A DNA stretch of 63,475 bases, the filler included, from Octopus bimaculoides (taxonomy: Eukaryota), in NCBI RefSeq assembly GCF_001194135.2. It is 5 parts of 5 records of this genome, joined end to end, with 100 filler letters (N's around TTAATTAATTAA, not from the genome) between each part and the next. Parts side by side here need not be neighbours in the genome. Positions count along the whole stretch, not along the records: positions 33,913 to 55,588 come from NC_068997.1; 4 more parts are not named here. The stretch is one strand, 5' to 3'. Of this stretch, positions 38,508 through 50,050 are shown one piece after another. A model generated the notes under the pieces. It was not told the origin of the DNA and did no database searches. It saw only the letters and a program-made list of their open reading frames with translations. Every line of letters starts with the position of its first letter. The first letter of the stretch is position 1. A program made the translations under genes and the position numbers.

Positions 38508-38634
38508 CATAGCCTGCCTCTTTCCATTGGATAATGCACCATAGCCTGCCTCTTTTCATTGGCTAATGCATTATAGCCTGCCTCTTTTCATTGGATTATG
38601 CATCATAGCTTGCTTCTTTTCATTGGATAGCAAT
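38508..38634. repeat. 32-bp minisatellite x4
   Basis: Unit catagcctgcctcttttcattgg.taatgca. starts at 38508, 38540, 38572 and 38604. Confidence 0.92.
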
Positions 38635-39346
38635 ATCTAATATGCAAAAAAGGTAAACAAAATTATTTAAAATGTAGACAGTTGCATAAACAGGGTGACA
38701 AGGTATCAATCCGTTTGCCATGACTGTATTTCACCTCTTGACACCAAGAGTGAACTGGAGCAATGTGAAATAAAGTGTCTTGCTCAAGAACACAACGCAC
38801 AGCCTGGTCCGGAAATTGAACTCACTACCTCATGATTGTGAGCCCAGTGCTATAACCACTGAGTTTCACACCTTCACTTAAATAATTAGAAGTCTGTATA
38901 TCCTAGAAAAGCCAGTCGTGTAATCTCCAGCTAGGTGAACTAAGGTAATGTATATCAAAGATAACAGAACAATCGTTAAGTGAGCCGCTAATCCATCAGA
39001 TTATCTATTCATCTATTTCTCCAATATATTGTTATAATATGACATAGGTTAATTTTTAGATGTCAGTTTAGTTTGAAAGTTATAACCTAATAATTATTAT
39101 TTAATTAAGCTTTTCAGTAATTAAAAAATATTAATTATTGTATTTTAATTAAATATAACAGAAAACTTTAATATTCAATTAAACCAATGATTAATAATCT
39201 TTCTCCCTTATTGTAATTACCTTTTTTTTTAATATCATCATCATCATCATCATCGTTTAACGTCCGCTTTCCATGCTGGCATGGGTTGGACGATTTGACT
39301 GAGGACTGGTGAAACCGGATGGCAACACCAGGCTCCNNNNNNNNNN

Positions 39347-39389
<43 letters not shown>

Positions 39390-39392
<3 letters not shown>

Positions 39393-39760
39393 ACGGCTGT
39401 GTGGTTAAGAACCTCACTTTGCAACCCACATGGTTTTGTGTTCAGTCCCACTGCATGGTGCCTTGGTTAAGTGTCTTCTAATATGGGTCAAACAAGGCCT
39501 TGTGAATGAATTTGGTAAGTGGAAACAGTGTGGAAGCCCATCATACATATATGTGTTTCTCTCACCATCACCACCACTGCCACTTGACAACTGGCATTGG
39601 TTTATTCACATCCCTGTAACATAGTGTGGCAAAAGAGGCCAATAGGATAAGTAGCCAGCTTACAAATAAACCCTGGAGCCAACCAGTTTGACTAAATTTC
39701 TTTGAGGCAGTACCCCAGTATGGCCATAATCCAATGACTGAAACAATTAAAAAAGTAAAG
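39390..39760 (+). mobile_element. SINE family 1, diverged; further partial copies at about 34110-34260, 40370-40595 and 42120-42330
   Basis: Head ggctgtgtggttaagaa..., tail tgactgaaacaa.taaaa. Confidence 0.8.
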
Positions 39761-41164
39761 GGACACATGGACACACACACAAAAGCATGCATTCATATGA
39801 TATTATAGGCTCTAAAATGCCATTGTGGTGGTCATTGTATTTGAAACTTTGCGAAATCATTGTTGTGTAATACAAATTCCTTCTTGAAAGGTTTCCAGTG
39901 ATTCTGTTTCTCTACTCCATTATTTCGACAGGAAAGCATGCATGGTCATTTTGTCTGTTGGCAGCAAGTTTTAGTAAAAGAAAATTATCAATAAATTCTT
40001 GAGAGAATGACTCAACTGCTCCATGTGACTCACTGAGCAGGCCAACTTTTTAATGACAGTTTATATAAACCGCTGTGAAATAAAAATTAAGAATGTAGTA
40101 GAATGTAGCAGGCCATTGTGGTGGTTCTTTGGCAAATGAACACGAGACACAGTAGAAAATGTGAGTGGGGAAACTTAATGTTGAAAATCTGTATTTTGAA
40201 AGGAGGAGGAGGAGTGGGAAATAAAAAAAAAATGAAAAATAATAAAAAACAATTACCATACACTTCTCATCAATTCAATGTTCAAGAATTGAGATTTTTT
40301 TCTTTTTTTTTTTTTTTTTTAGTTTGAGAAATATTTTGAGATGGAAACTGAAAGAAACTTGCCGTGTGTGTGTGTGTGTGTGTTCTTGTGTTTATTGTAT
40401 TTGTTCCCCACCACTGCTTGACAGACTGTTGGTTTGTTTACATCCTTGTTTTACTAATTTTGCAAAAGAGACCAATACAATAAATATTAAAATTAGAATT
40501 GAGAACTGGGATTGATTAGTTTGACTAAAAACCCCTCAAGGTGGTGCCCCAGCATGATCACAGTTCAGTGACTGAAACAAGTAAAAGATAAAAGGTGTGT
40601 GTATGCATTGCAATCTTTGTATCTGTTAGGATATACGTATTGGGAGAGAGAGAGAGAGAGAGGAAGGGAGAGAATGTGTGTGTGTGTGTGTGTGTGAATA
40701 TATGTGTTTGTCTATGAAGTTATGTTTCTGAGAGTGTGAAAGTGAACAAGTGTTAATTTGTGAATGTGTCTAATTATGAGAGAATGTGCGTGTGTGTGTG
40801 TGCGCACGCACACGCATCACACACACACACACACACATACTTGTATCTTTACAACTTGGATACATGAAAATACTTGATCTTAAAGCATGTTATTGTCTTA
40901 ATTCTTTTGATGCCAACCCATCTAAAACTGCCTCTGATTCTGTGATACAAATTCCTTGTTTTAAAGTAGCCTAAACTAAATGTTCCATCAAAATTCCATG
41001 TTAATTTATGTTCCAAACTCTAGCTAAATAATGACACTTATTTTACTAAATTCTTCATAATTTTCAAAATCAAATGAAATAAAGGAAAGATATTTCAACA
41101 AAAATATAACAAAAGAATTAGTTAATGATTTAACCCTTTCTGCGAGTGCGTAGATACCATATAC

Positions 41165-41469
41165 AAGGGCCTTTCGCTCAGAGTAAAAGGCAGGCTGTAT
41201 GACGCATGTGTACGAACAGCCATGCTACATGGCAGTGAAACATGGGCCATGACTGCTGAGGACATGCATAAGCTTGCAAGGAATTAAGCCAGTATGCTCC
41301 GCTGGATGTGTAATGTCAGTGTGCATACACGACAGAGTGTAAGTATCTTGAGAGAAAAGCTGAACATTAGAAGCATCAGTTGTGGCGTGCAAGAGAGATG
41401 ATTGTGCTGGTATGGACATGTGGCGAGAATGGATGAGGATAGCTGTGTGAAAAAGTGCCACACCCTAGC
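41165..41469 (+). mobile_element. RTE-clade LINE RT C-terminal fragment
   Basis: KGLSLRVKGRLYDACVRTAMLHGSETWA...LRWMCNV...WYGHVARMDEDSCVKKCH, with two stops. Confidence 0.88.
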
Positions 41470-41663
41470 NNNNNNNNNNNNNNNNNNNNNNNNNNNNNNN
41501 NNNNNNNNNNNNNNNNNNNNNNNNNNNNNNNNNNNNNNNNNNNNNNNNNNNNNNNNNNNNNNNNNNNNNNNNNNNNNNNNNNNNNNNNNNNNNNNNNNNN
41601 NNNNNNNNNNNNNNNNNNNNNNNNNNNNNNNNNNNNNNNNNNNNNNNNNNNNNNNNNNNNNNN

Positions 41664-41910
41664 GCATGTAAAAAAATACCATTTTGAGCGTGGCTATTGC
41701 CAGTACTGTGTGACTGGCCCTCATGCTGGTGGCACATAAAAGCACCCACTACACTCTCGGAGTGGTTGGCGTTAGGAAGGGCATCTAGCTGTAGAAACTC
41801 TGCCAAATCAGATTGGAGCCTGGTGTAGCCATCTGGTTTCACCAGACCTCAGTCTAATCGTCCAACCCATGCTAGCATAGAAGGCAGACGTTAAAAAATG
41901 ATGATGATGA
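41664..41910 (+). mobile_element. Abundant retroelement 3'-end repeat with (GAT)n tail; copies at 41945-42090, 54670-54825, and inverted at 39238-39336 and 48690-49140
   Basis: gagtggttggcgttaggaagggcatc.agctgtagaa...cccatgc.agcat.gaa...gacgttaaa-(gat)n. Confidence 0.8.
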
Positions 41911-41911
41911 T

Positions 41912-41942
<31 letters not shown>

Positions 41943-42090
41943 TCTCAGAGTGGTTGGCGTTAGGAAGGGCATCCAGCTGTAGAAGCCTTGCCAGATCAGA
42001 TTGGAGCTTGGTGCGCCACTGGCTCTCCAGACCTCAGTCAAACCATCCGACCCATGCCAGCATGGAAAACAGAAATTAAACGATGATGAT

Positions 42091-42124
<34 letters not shown>

Positions 42125-43401
42125 CTGTTTGTGTTTGTCCCTCTGTTACCACTTGACAGCCACTACTGGTGTGTTTACATCCCCGTAGCTTAGAGGTTTG
42201 GCAAAAGAGACCAATAGAATGAGTACCAGGCTTTAAAAAAGTTGGGGTCAATACATTTGACTAAAAATTCTTCAAGGCAGTGTTCTAGCATGGCTGCAGT
42301 CAAATGGCTGAGACAAGTAAAATGATAAAAGCTAAAAGACACACAGACACACACACATACTCTAGCAAGCATCACAACACTTAACATCAAAATTTATTTT
42401 ATTTTCATTTTCAAATACATTCAGTTTTGCTTCATATTGTTCTCTTCTCTTTTTTTTTTCTCTTAATTTTGTTACAAATGAAGTATGCAAAAGATTATTA
42501 TAGTTTGTTTGCAGGTGATCTCTACGAAAATCAGACTTCTAGAAATGTCTTGTTGAAAAAAAAAAAATACGAAAACAAAACAAAAAAAAATGGAAAGGAA
42601 AAAATAGAAATCAATAATTCTTATTCTTACTTCTTTTTTTTTTCTGTTTTTTTTTTTTTTTTTTGTTTTTTTCTTTTTCTCATTGCACACCTTATGTTAC
42701 CTGAAATAAAGAGAATGAAACCAATAATAGAATGCATAAATAATGCATGCACACACACACACACACGCCATACCTCATCACTCAAATTCATCTTTCTCCT
42801 CTTCCTCCTCTCTCTCTCTCTCTCTCACCCTCCCACTTCCTCTCCTCGCTCCTTCTCTCTCTTATTACATTTACTCACACTCCTGCACTCTTGTACACCA
42901 CAAATGTGCAAACAGGCAAATTCACAGAGATAGATAAATCCTTACATGTTTTCAAAAAACTTGAAGAATAATATGGAGACACTGCTCTGTCATCATAATC
43001 TTGTTACCATCTCGTCATCATCGTCATCTCTACATTATCTTATCTTATCATCATCATCATCATCATCGTCACTACTACCAATACAATTTTTACTATGGCC
43101 GTCATCATCATTGATATCAGCAATAGCATTGCCATCATAATCATCATCGTCGTCGTTGTCATCGTCTGCATCACTGTCACTACCAAATCCATCATGAGCA
43201 AGATAGCTAGCATGAGAATCCTCTGCAACAATACAGCTCAACTTGCTTAAAATAGCCAAATTTCCTCAAGTCACACTCTGCTGTCTTAAAATAATAAAAG
43301 GACGCATTTCATAATTTAGTTCTAGATATCTCTGAAGCAAAAAAAAAAAAGAAGACAAACAGACAGACTGGTCACATCTGGAATACTTTTTATCACATGT
43401 C

Positions 43402-43950
43402 GGCGCAGGAGTGGCTGTGTGGTAAGTAGCTTGCTTACCAACCACATGGTTCCGGGTTCAGTCCCACTGTGTGGCATCTTGGGCAAGTGTCTTCTACTAC
43501 AGCCTCGGGCTGACCAAAGCCTTGTGAGTGGATTTGGTAGACGGAAACTGAAAGAAGCCCGTCGTATATATGTATATATATATGTGTGTGTCTGTGTTTG
43601 TCCCCCCTAGCATTGCTTGACAACCGATGCTGGTGTGTTTATGTCCCCGTCACTTAGCGGTTCGGCAAAAGANNNNNNNNNNTGAGTGGATTTGGTAGAC
43701 GGAAACTGAAAGAAGCCCGTCGTATATATGTATATATATATGTGTGTGTCTGTGTTTGTCCCCCCTAGCATTGCTTGACAACCGATGCTGGTGTGTTTAT
43801 GTCCCCGTCACTTAGCGGTTCGGCAAAAGAGACCGATAGAATAAGTACTAGGCTTACAAAGAATAAGTCCCGGGGTCGATTTGCTCGACTAAAGGCGGTG
43901 CTCCAGCATGGCCGCAGTCAAATGACTGAAACAAGTAAAAGAGTAAAGAG
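43402..43950 (+). mobile_element. Young full-length SINE family 1; 148 bp is duplicated artefactually across a 10-N gap
   Basis: CpGs retained; 43525-43672 is identical to 43683-43830. Confidence 0.92.
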
Positions 43951-44059
43951 TATGTCTGCTCAATCAGACCTGGGACCAAAACAACTTCTCCATCGTCATC
44001 ATCATCATCATCATCAAATTACCTATAATGGAATTAATCTACAGTATTAGAATGTTTAT

Positions 44060-44470
44060 CTTTTGACTTGTTTCAGTCATTAGACTGTTGCCATACTGGG
44101 GCACTGCCTTGAAGAATTTCAGCTGAACGAATCAATTCCAGGACTTATTATTTCTTTTTGTAAAGCCTGGTACTTACTCTTTCAGTCTCTTTTGCCAAAC
44201 TGCTGCTTAGTTACAGGGACATAAACACACCACCGTTTGTCCAGTGGTGGTGGGTGACACACACGCGTGTGTGTATATATGTCTTTGTGCATGTGTTTGT
44301 CACATACACAGGCTTCTTTCAGTTTCTGCCTACCGAATCCACTGACAAAGCTTTGGTCAACCTTAGGTTGTAGTAGAAGACTTCTGCCAGAGTGCCACAC
44401 TGTGGGACTGAACCTAGAACAGTGTGGTTGGGAAGCAAACTTCTCACCATGCAGTCACACCTGTGCTTGT
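44060..44470 (-). mobile_element. SINE family 1; further copies at about 44660-44810 (-), 45930-46100 (+), 50870-51200 (-), 51795-52165 (+), 53935-54085 (+), 54185-54335 (-), 55075-55475 (+), 55695-55862 (-)
   Basis: Recognisable head, body and tail blocks of the family in each case. Confidence 0.8.
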
Positions 44471-46350
44471 TGAGAATTTACCATTTTGTCCCAAAATTCC
44501 AGAGTTGGAGGCACTTGCCAAGAGAAATGAAGACCATAAGCTTGAAACATCAAAGATACATTTCCATTCTTTCTAAGCATCAAACTAATACACCTGTCTG
44601 TTGTTCCCTCACCTATCCCTGTCTTTTGCTTTCTGTACATATGAACCATATATGTATGTACACACACACACATGGTGGGCTTCCACACAGTTTCCGTCTA
44701 CCAAATTCCCTCACAAAGCATTAGGTGGCCCAGGGCTATAGTAGAAGGTCCTTGCCCTTGGTGCTGTGTGGTGGGACTGAATCCAAAACCATATAGTTTT
44801 AATCATACAACAAAGCTTTTACCAATATATATTGTGTGTGTCTTTAGTTTCTGCACACTTGGCAGATAAATGGTAGAGTATCAGGAAAAACAAAATGCCT
44901 TGTGGTATTTGGTTTTGTCCTTTTACATTCTGAGTGTAAACCCTTTTCCAGTTCTTTGCCTTACATCTTTTCATGACCAGTAAAATAATAACAAACACCG
45001 GTCAACAAAATAAAACAGATTTCAAGTGTTCAATCGACTACACACCCTGCTCAATGAATTAGCATATAAGTGGCTGAGTATTCCAGAGGTACGTGTTCTC
45101 TTAATTTTCAGGCACAGTATGTGACAAGGCTTCAACACAGTTTCCTTCAACCTAGTGTTATCCACAAGGCTTGAATTCACCCAAATTTATTGTAAAAGAC
45201 TGGGATGCCACGCAATGGGTTTGAACCTGGAACTGTGTGACTGAAGCAAACATCTCAGCCACTCATCTATACTGCGCCTGGCATATGCAGTCAATGAAAT
45301 AGAGATGGATGAAATAACTAACTGACAGAAATAATGACTAATGTCAATTACATCAACTCTAACCCTTGATGGTGCTGCTCCAGCATGACCACAGTCCATT
45401 GAATGAAACCAATAAAAGAATATTATCATGGCTATTCTTCATCTAACCAGCCATGCATGTTATCTTTCATGTCCTTGTCTTTGATGTTTCTGTTTCCAAA
45501 TATTCCGTTATCAGAATTTCTCTATGCTTAATGTTTTTATTAACTCTTTATCATTGATAATGCTAATGATGTTAATAGATATATAAATTAATTTACTCCC
45601 ATAAAAGTTATGAAACTAACTCAGAAAAAATGTGACATTTTGTGTGATTTGGTCATGGAAGCTTCTAGCAGTCAAAGACAACATGTCGGAAAGGCTGGCT
45701 TTTTCAAAAATAGCACTTGTCTTTATTGGTGGTTAGTTTCAACACTAAATGGTTTAATTGTGTTTCACAGATTTTCATCACTCAAAAATGAGGTTATCCT
45801 TTCTCTGTAATGAAGGCAACCTAATTTAGAAGATGCTGTCACCTCAGAATAAACTGATACAGATTTTAGGAGATTCCTTGACCTTTGCAAAATCCTTGCT
45901 CTTTATTGCTGATGCCATACTGTCTTAGGTGCAGGCATGGCTGTGTGGTTGAGACACTTCCCAATCATGTGGTCTCAGGTTCAGTCCCACTGTGCAGCAT
46001 CTTGGACACATGTCTTCTACCATAGAACCCAGGCCAACCAAAGCTTTGTGAGTGGATTTGGTAGATGGAAGCTGAAAGAAGCCCATCGCGCCTCTATGTG
46101 TGTGTGTGTGTGTTTCTGTGTATTCTTGTCTTGACAATGTGACGGTTGTAAATGAGCATCACTTGCATACAAGTGTTGTTGTTGTTCATTTATAGTCTTC
46201 TGTGAAAAACATGTCTGGTCATGGGGGAAATATTGCCTTGCTTGGAAACAGGTGAGGGTTGGCAACAGGAAGAGCATCCAGCTGTAAAAAAAAATCTGCT
46301 TCAATAAATTCTGTCTGACCTACACAAACATGGAAAAAGTGGATGATGAC

Positions 46351-46383
<33 letters not shown>

Positions 46384-46584
46384 TCTTGTTACATGGTAGT
46401 GACAAGCTAAGATGAAAATGACGGATGACTGACAAAATGAGTGATGGGGGCAAGAAACAGTCTGCTTTGTTAGGTTAGAGATGTTCACAGTCATTCAATC
46501 ACATTACTAAAGAATACTGCAAGATCTGTTTTTGTAAAACTAAAAATTCAACTGGAGGATGGCAAATGAACAGAAGAAAATACG

Positions 46585-47131
46585 GTACCAGTTGAGTACT
46601 GGGGTCAATGTAATCGATAATCCCCCCTTCCCCAAATTTCAGGCCTTGTGCCTATAGTAGAAAGGATTGTTGTTGTTTTTGTTATTATCATCATCATCAT
46701 TATTAAGGCAGTGAGCTGGCAGAATTGTTAGCATGCTGGACAAAATGCTTAGTGGTATTTCGCCCGTTGCTGCATTCTAAGTTCAAATTCTACCAAGGTT
46801 GACTTTACCTTTCATCCTTTCAGGGGTCAATAAATTAAGTACCAGTTGAGTACTGGGGGAGGTCAATGTAATCGACTATACCCCTCCCCCAAATTTCAGG
46901 TCTTGTGCCTATAATAGAAATGATCGTTATTATTAAGGGGGCAATCTGGCAGAACCGTTACCGTGTCAGAAAAAATGCTTAGCAGCATTTCTTCTTTCTT
47001 TACATTCCGAGGTTGACTTTGCCTTTCATCCTTTTGGGGTTGATAAAATAAGTACCACTGGTATCAATGTGTCAATGTAATTAACTTCCCCACTCCTCAA
47101 GGCTGCTGGCCTTTTGCCAAAATTAGAAAGA

Positions 47132-47175
<44 letters not shown>

Positions 47176-47307
47176 AATTCCGCCGAGATCAATTTTGCCT
47201 TTCATCCTTTCGGGGTTGATAAATTAAGTACCAGTTGAATACTGGGGTCAATGTAATCAACTCATCCCCTCCTCCAAAATTGCCGCCCTTGTAGCAAAAT
47301 TTGAAAC

Positions 47308-47362
<55 letters not shown>
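46585..47362 (+). mobile_element. Stack of four SINE family 3 units, each ending in a (TAT)n-type tail
   Basis: Units at about 46585-46700, 46706-46934, 46935-47170 and 47172-47362 share gactttgcctttcatcctttc.gggt..ataaa...taccag...tgtaatc. Confidence 0.85.
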
Positions 47363-47384
47363 TTTTGGTTCTTTTATTTTACAG

Positions 47385-47839
47385 CACCTCTCCTTCACAC
47401 ATTTGGTAGCAGTCCAGTGTTTGGCCTGTCTGCAGGAAAGAACACAGTGACCAAATCCAGTACGACCGTAGCTACCACCACCACAAGTAGTGTACGAACT
47501 TGTCTAAGTTCAAGCAGTCGCAGTAGTCACATGCCAGTCACGAGTTCCACAAATGCACACTCGAAATCTAAGCAGCGTTCGAAACAACGGCAGCATCCAG
47601 CACATCGAGAGTCAGCTGCAATAGTGACTTCACTGCATCGAGAGCCAGGTGGGCCATTAGGATTACACATTCCACTTGGCTCTTCATCATCGTCGTCGTC
47701 TATATCTCCATCTTCATTGGTTTCCTCTTCTCAGTCTCACCGGGCTTCAACGTCAACTACCACCACCACATCTACTAAGTCTACTGCTGTTGTACAGTCC
47801 CATACAAATACGGGGGGGCACAAACATGGCTTATTGCAA
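47385..47839 (+). CDS. Internal coding exon (phase 1 to phase 0), Ser/Thr-rich, with a PDZ-like motif
   Basis: Acceptor cttttattttacag|CA, donor CAA|GTAAGT, 455 nt with no stop. Translation includes SLHREPGGPLGLHIP and GGHKHGLLQ. Confidence 0.75.
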
Positions 47840-48039
47840 GTAAGTGTCTTAATACATTCATCTCTTTAAATTGATATATATATATATATATGTGTATGTA
47901 TGTATGTATATGTTGATTTTTCAGTTGTTTATTGTCGTTGTTGCTATTGTTTAATTCTCTTGTCAGGTCGACCTTCATCTTACAGACCCGTAGTCAAAGG
48001 GATACCATCCTAGCTTGTTTTTTTTAAGGTTATCCAAGA

Positions 48040-50050
48040 CATTGCATTGTCAGCAGTGGTGCACAATGTCATTAGTATAAGCAGTGTGAGTTCTTACAGT
48101 GACAACATTAAGCTTCTGTCTATACATTGTTATCAGATCTATAAATCTCAGTTAATTAAATGCTAAATTATGAAACTAAAATGATTGCAGTGTGAAGAAC
48201 CTGTATTGACCATTCAAAAACAGATAAGGACTTGTTGACTGGGTCACAGTTCCTATGATGAAATTTTGACACCAAATAATGAATAAGTCTTTCTACTATA
48301 GACAAAAGACCTGAAATTTAGAAGGAGGAGCTAGTTGATTACATCAGCCCTAGTATTCAGTTGGTACTTATTTTATCATGCCCACAGAAGGATGAAAGGT
48401 GCCATCAGGTATGAGAGCATGCAGCATTGCAATGCATGGATGCATTCACCATTTTGCTAGTATATTGCTGGGTCCTGCTGGGTGACCTGTCAAGCAGAGT
48501 TATGGTCAGTTCCCATCTCCATGAGATACCTCCTCATCCACTGTGACCATGTGGTCTGTGTTTGACCAACACAAGCCGTCAACTCCTGAACAGAGTGTGA
48601 AATGATCTGCTTGTGTCTTGATGGCCAGAACAGTCGGGGTTCACGCCGAAGTGGTCAACTACTAACAGGATCCTGGCTCTTCATGTAGTCATCATCATCA
48701 TCATCATCATCGTTTAACGTCCGCTTTCCATGCTAGCATGGGTTGGACGACTTGACTGAGGACTGGTGAAACCAGATGGCTACACCAGGCTCCAATCTGA
48801 TTTGGCAGAGTTTCTACAGCTGGATGCCCTTCCTAATGCCAACCACTCAGAGTGTAGTGGGTGCTTTTACGTGTCACCCGCACGAAGGCCAGTCAGGCAG
48901 TACTGGCAACGGCCACGCTCAAAATGGTGTATTTTATGTGCTACCCGCACAAGAGCCAGTCCAGGGGCACTGGCAACGATCTCGCTCGAAAGTCCTTACA
49001 CATGCCGCAGGCACAAGTGCCAGAAAGGCGTCGCTGGGCACAGATGCCATCACAATTTCGCTTTCGCTTGCCCCAATAAGTCTTCGCAAACTGAGCTTCG
49101 TGTCCAATGAGGGAGACGACGTTGGCATGGGTGCCAGTCGTCAAATTTGTAGTCCTTGAATGTCAGTGGCAGGGGCTACTTGTAGCCTGTGCCAACCTCT
49201 GTAAGGCATCTGACTTGGTGGACAGGGGTATGCTTTGGAGGATTCTGGAGCTGTGAGGTCTACCTTCTCTGCTGAGTAGGTTGATGATGGCCTTGTACAT
49301 TAGAACAGTCAGCAGGATGCTATTTAAGGGGTATTTGATTGTTAAGTCGCAGAGGTTGAGCAAGTATGTAGAGGGTTCTCTTAGACAGAAGTACTAAAGC
49401 ACTTAAGGGCCCTATTCACACAATAAACTTTTAAATTTATGTTTTGTTAATACATTTAGCAATTGAACAGTTGCAGTGTGAAAGACACATATTAGCCATT
49501 CAGAAACACACACACACACACAGAAGACTATTAACTTCACTTAAACATTTATTATTTGCTATTTGGGAAAACAGTGAGCTGGCAAATGGAAGGTGAGTTC
49601 AAACTCACCTTCCATCTTTGGGCGGATAAAATAAGTTCTAGCTGAGTACTAAGGTTGATGTAATCATCTAGCCCCCCCCCCCNNNNNNNNNNTGTAATCA
49701 TCTAGCCCCCCCCCCTCGCTCTAAATTTCAGGCCTTTTGCCTATAGTAGAAAGAATTATTTGTTATTTGGTGTCAAAATTTCATCATACAAACGGTGGCC
49801 TGGTCAAGAAGTCTTTGTGAGTTTTTGAATGGCTAACACGTGTTCTTCATACTGCAATCATTTTAGTTTTAACTTACAATCTCAGATCAAACCATTTACC
49901 TGGCAAATACACCGTCATAATTTAGCATTTAATTAACTGAGATTTATAAATCTGACAACCATGTATAGACAGAAGCTTTAACATTGTCGCAGTTTGTGAG
50001 AACTTATACTGCTCATACAAATGACATTGGGCACCACTGTTGATACAGTG
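48040..50050. repeat. Long imperfect inverted repeat (arms about 48040-48400 and 49590-50050)
   Basis: aagcttctgtctataca...ataaatctcagttaattaaatgctaaattatga and atgatgaaattttgacaccaaataa...ttctactatag both occur in reverse complement in the second arm. Confidence 0.85.

Noticed and set aside
39299-39320. CTGAGGA...GAAA hammerhead-like boxes (also at about 48756)
   Set aside because: No stem II, no UH cleavage site, and it lies within the abundant retroelement 3'-end repeat.
42515-42620. Acceptor tttgtttgcag| followed by DLYENQTSRNVLLKK
   Set aside because: Runs into A- and T-homopolymers with no donor site; not convincingly coding.
43525-43830. Apparent 148-bp tandem duplication (similar short overlap at 49663-49715)
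   Set aside because: Identical copies on either side of a 10-N gap indicate unmerged contig overlap.
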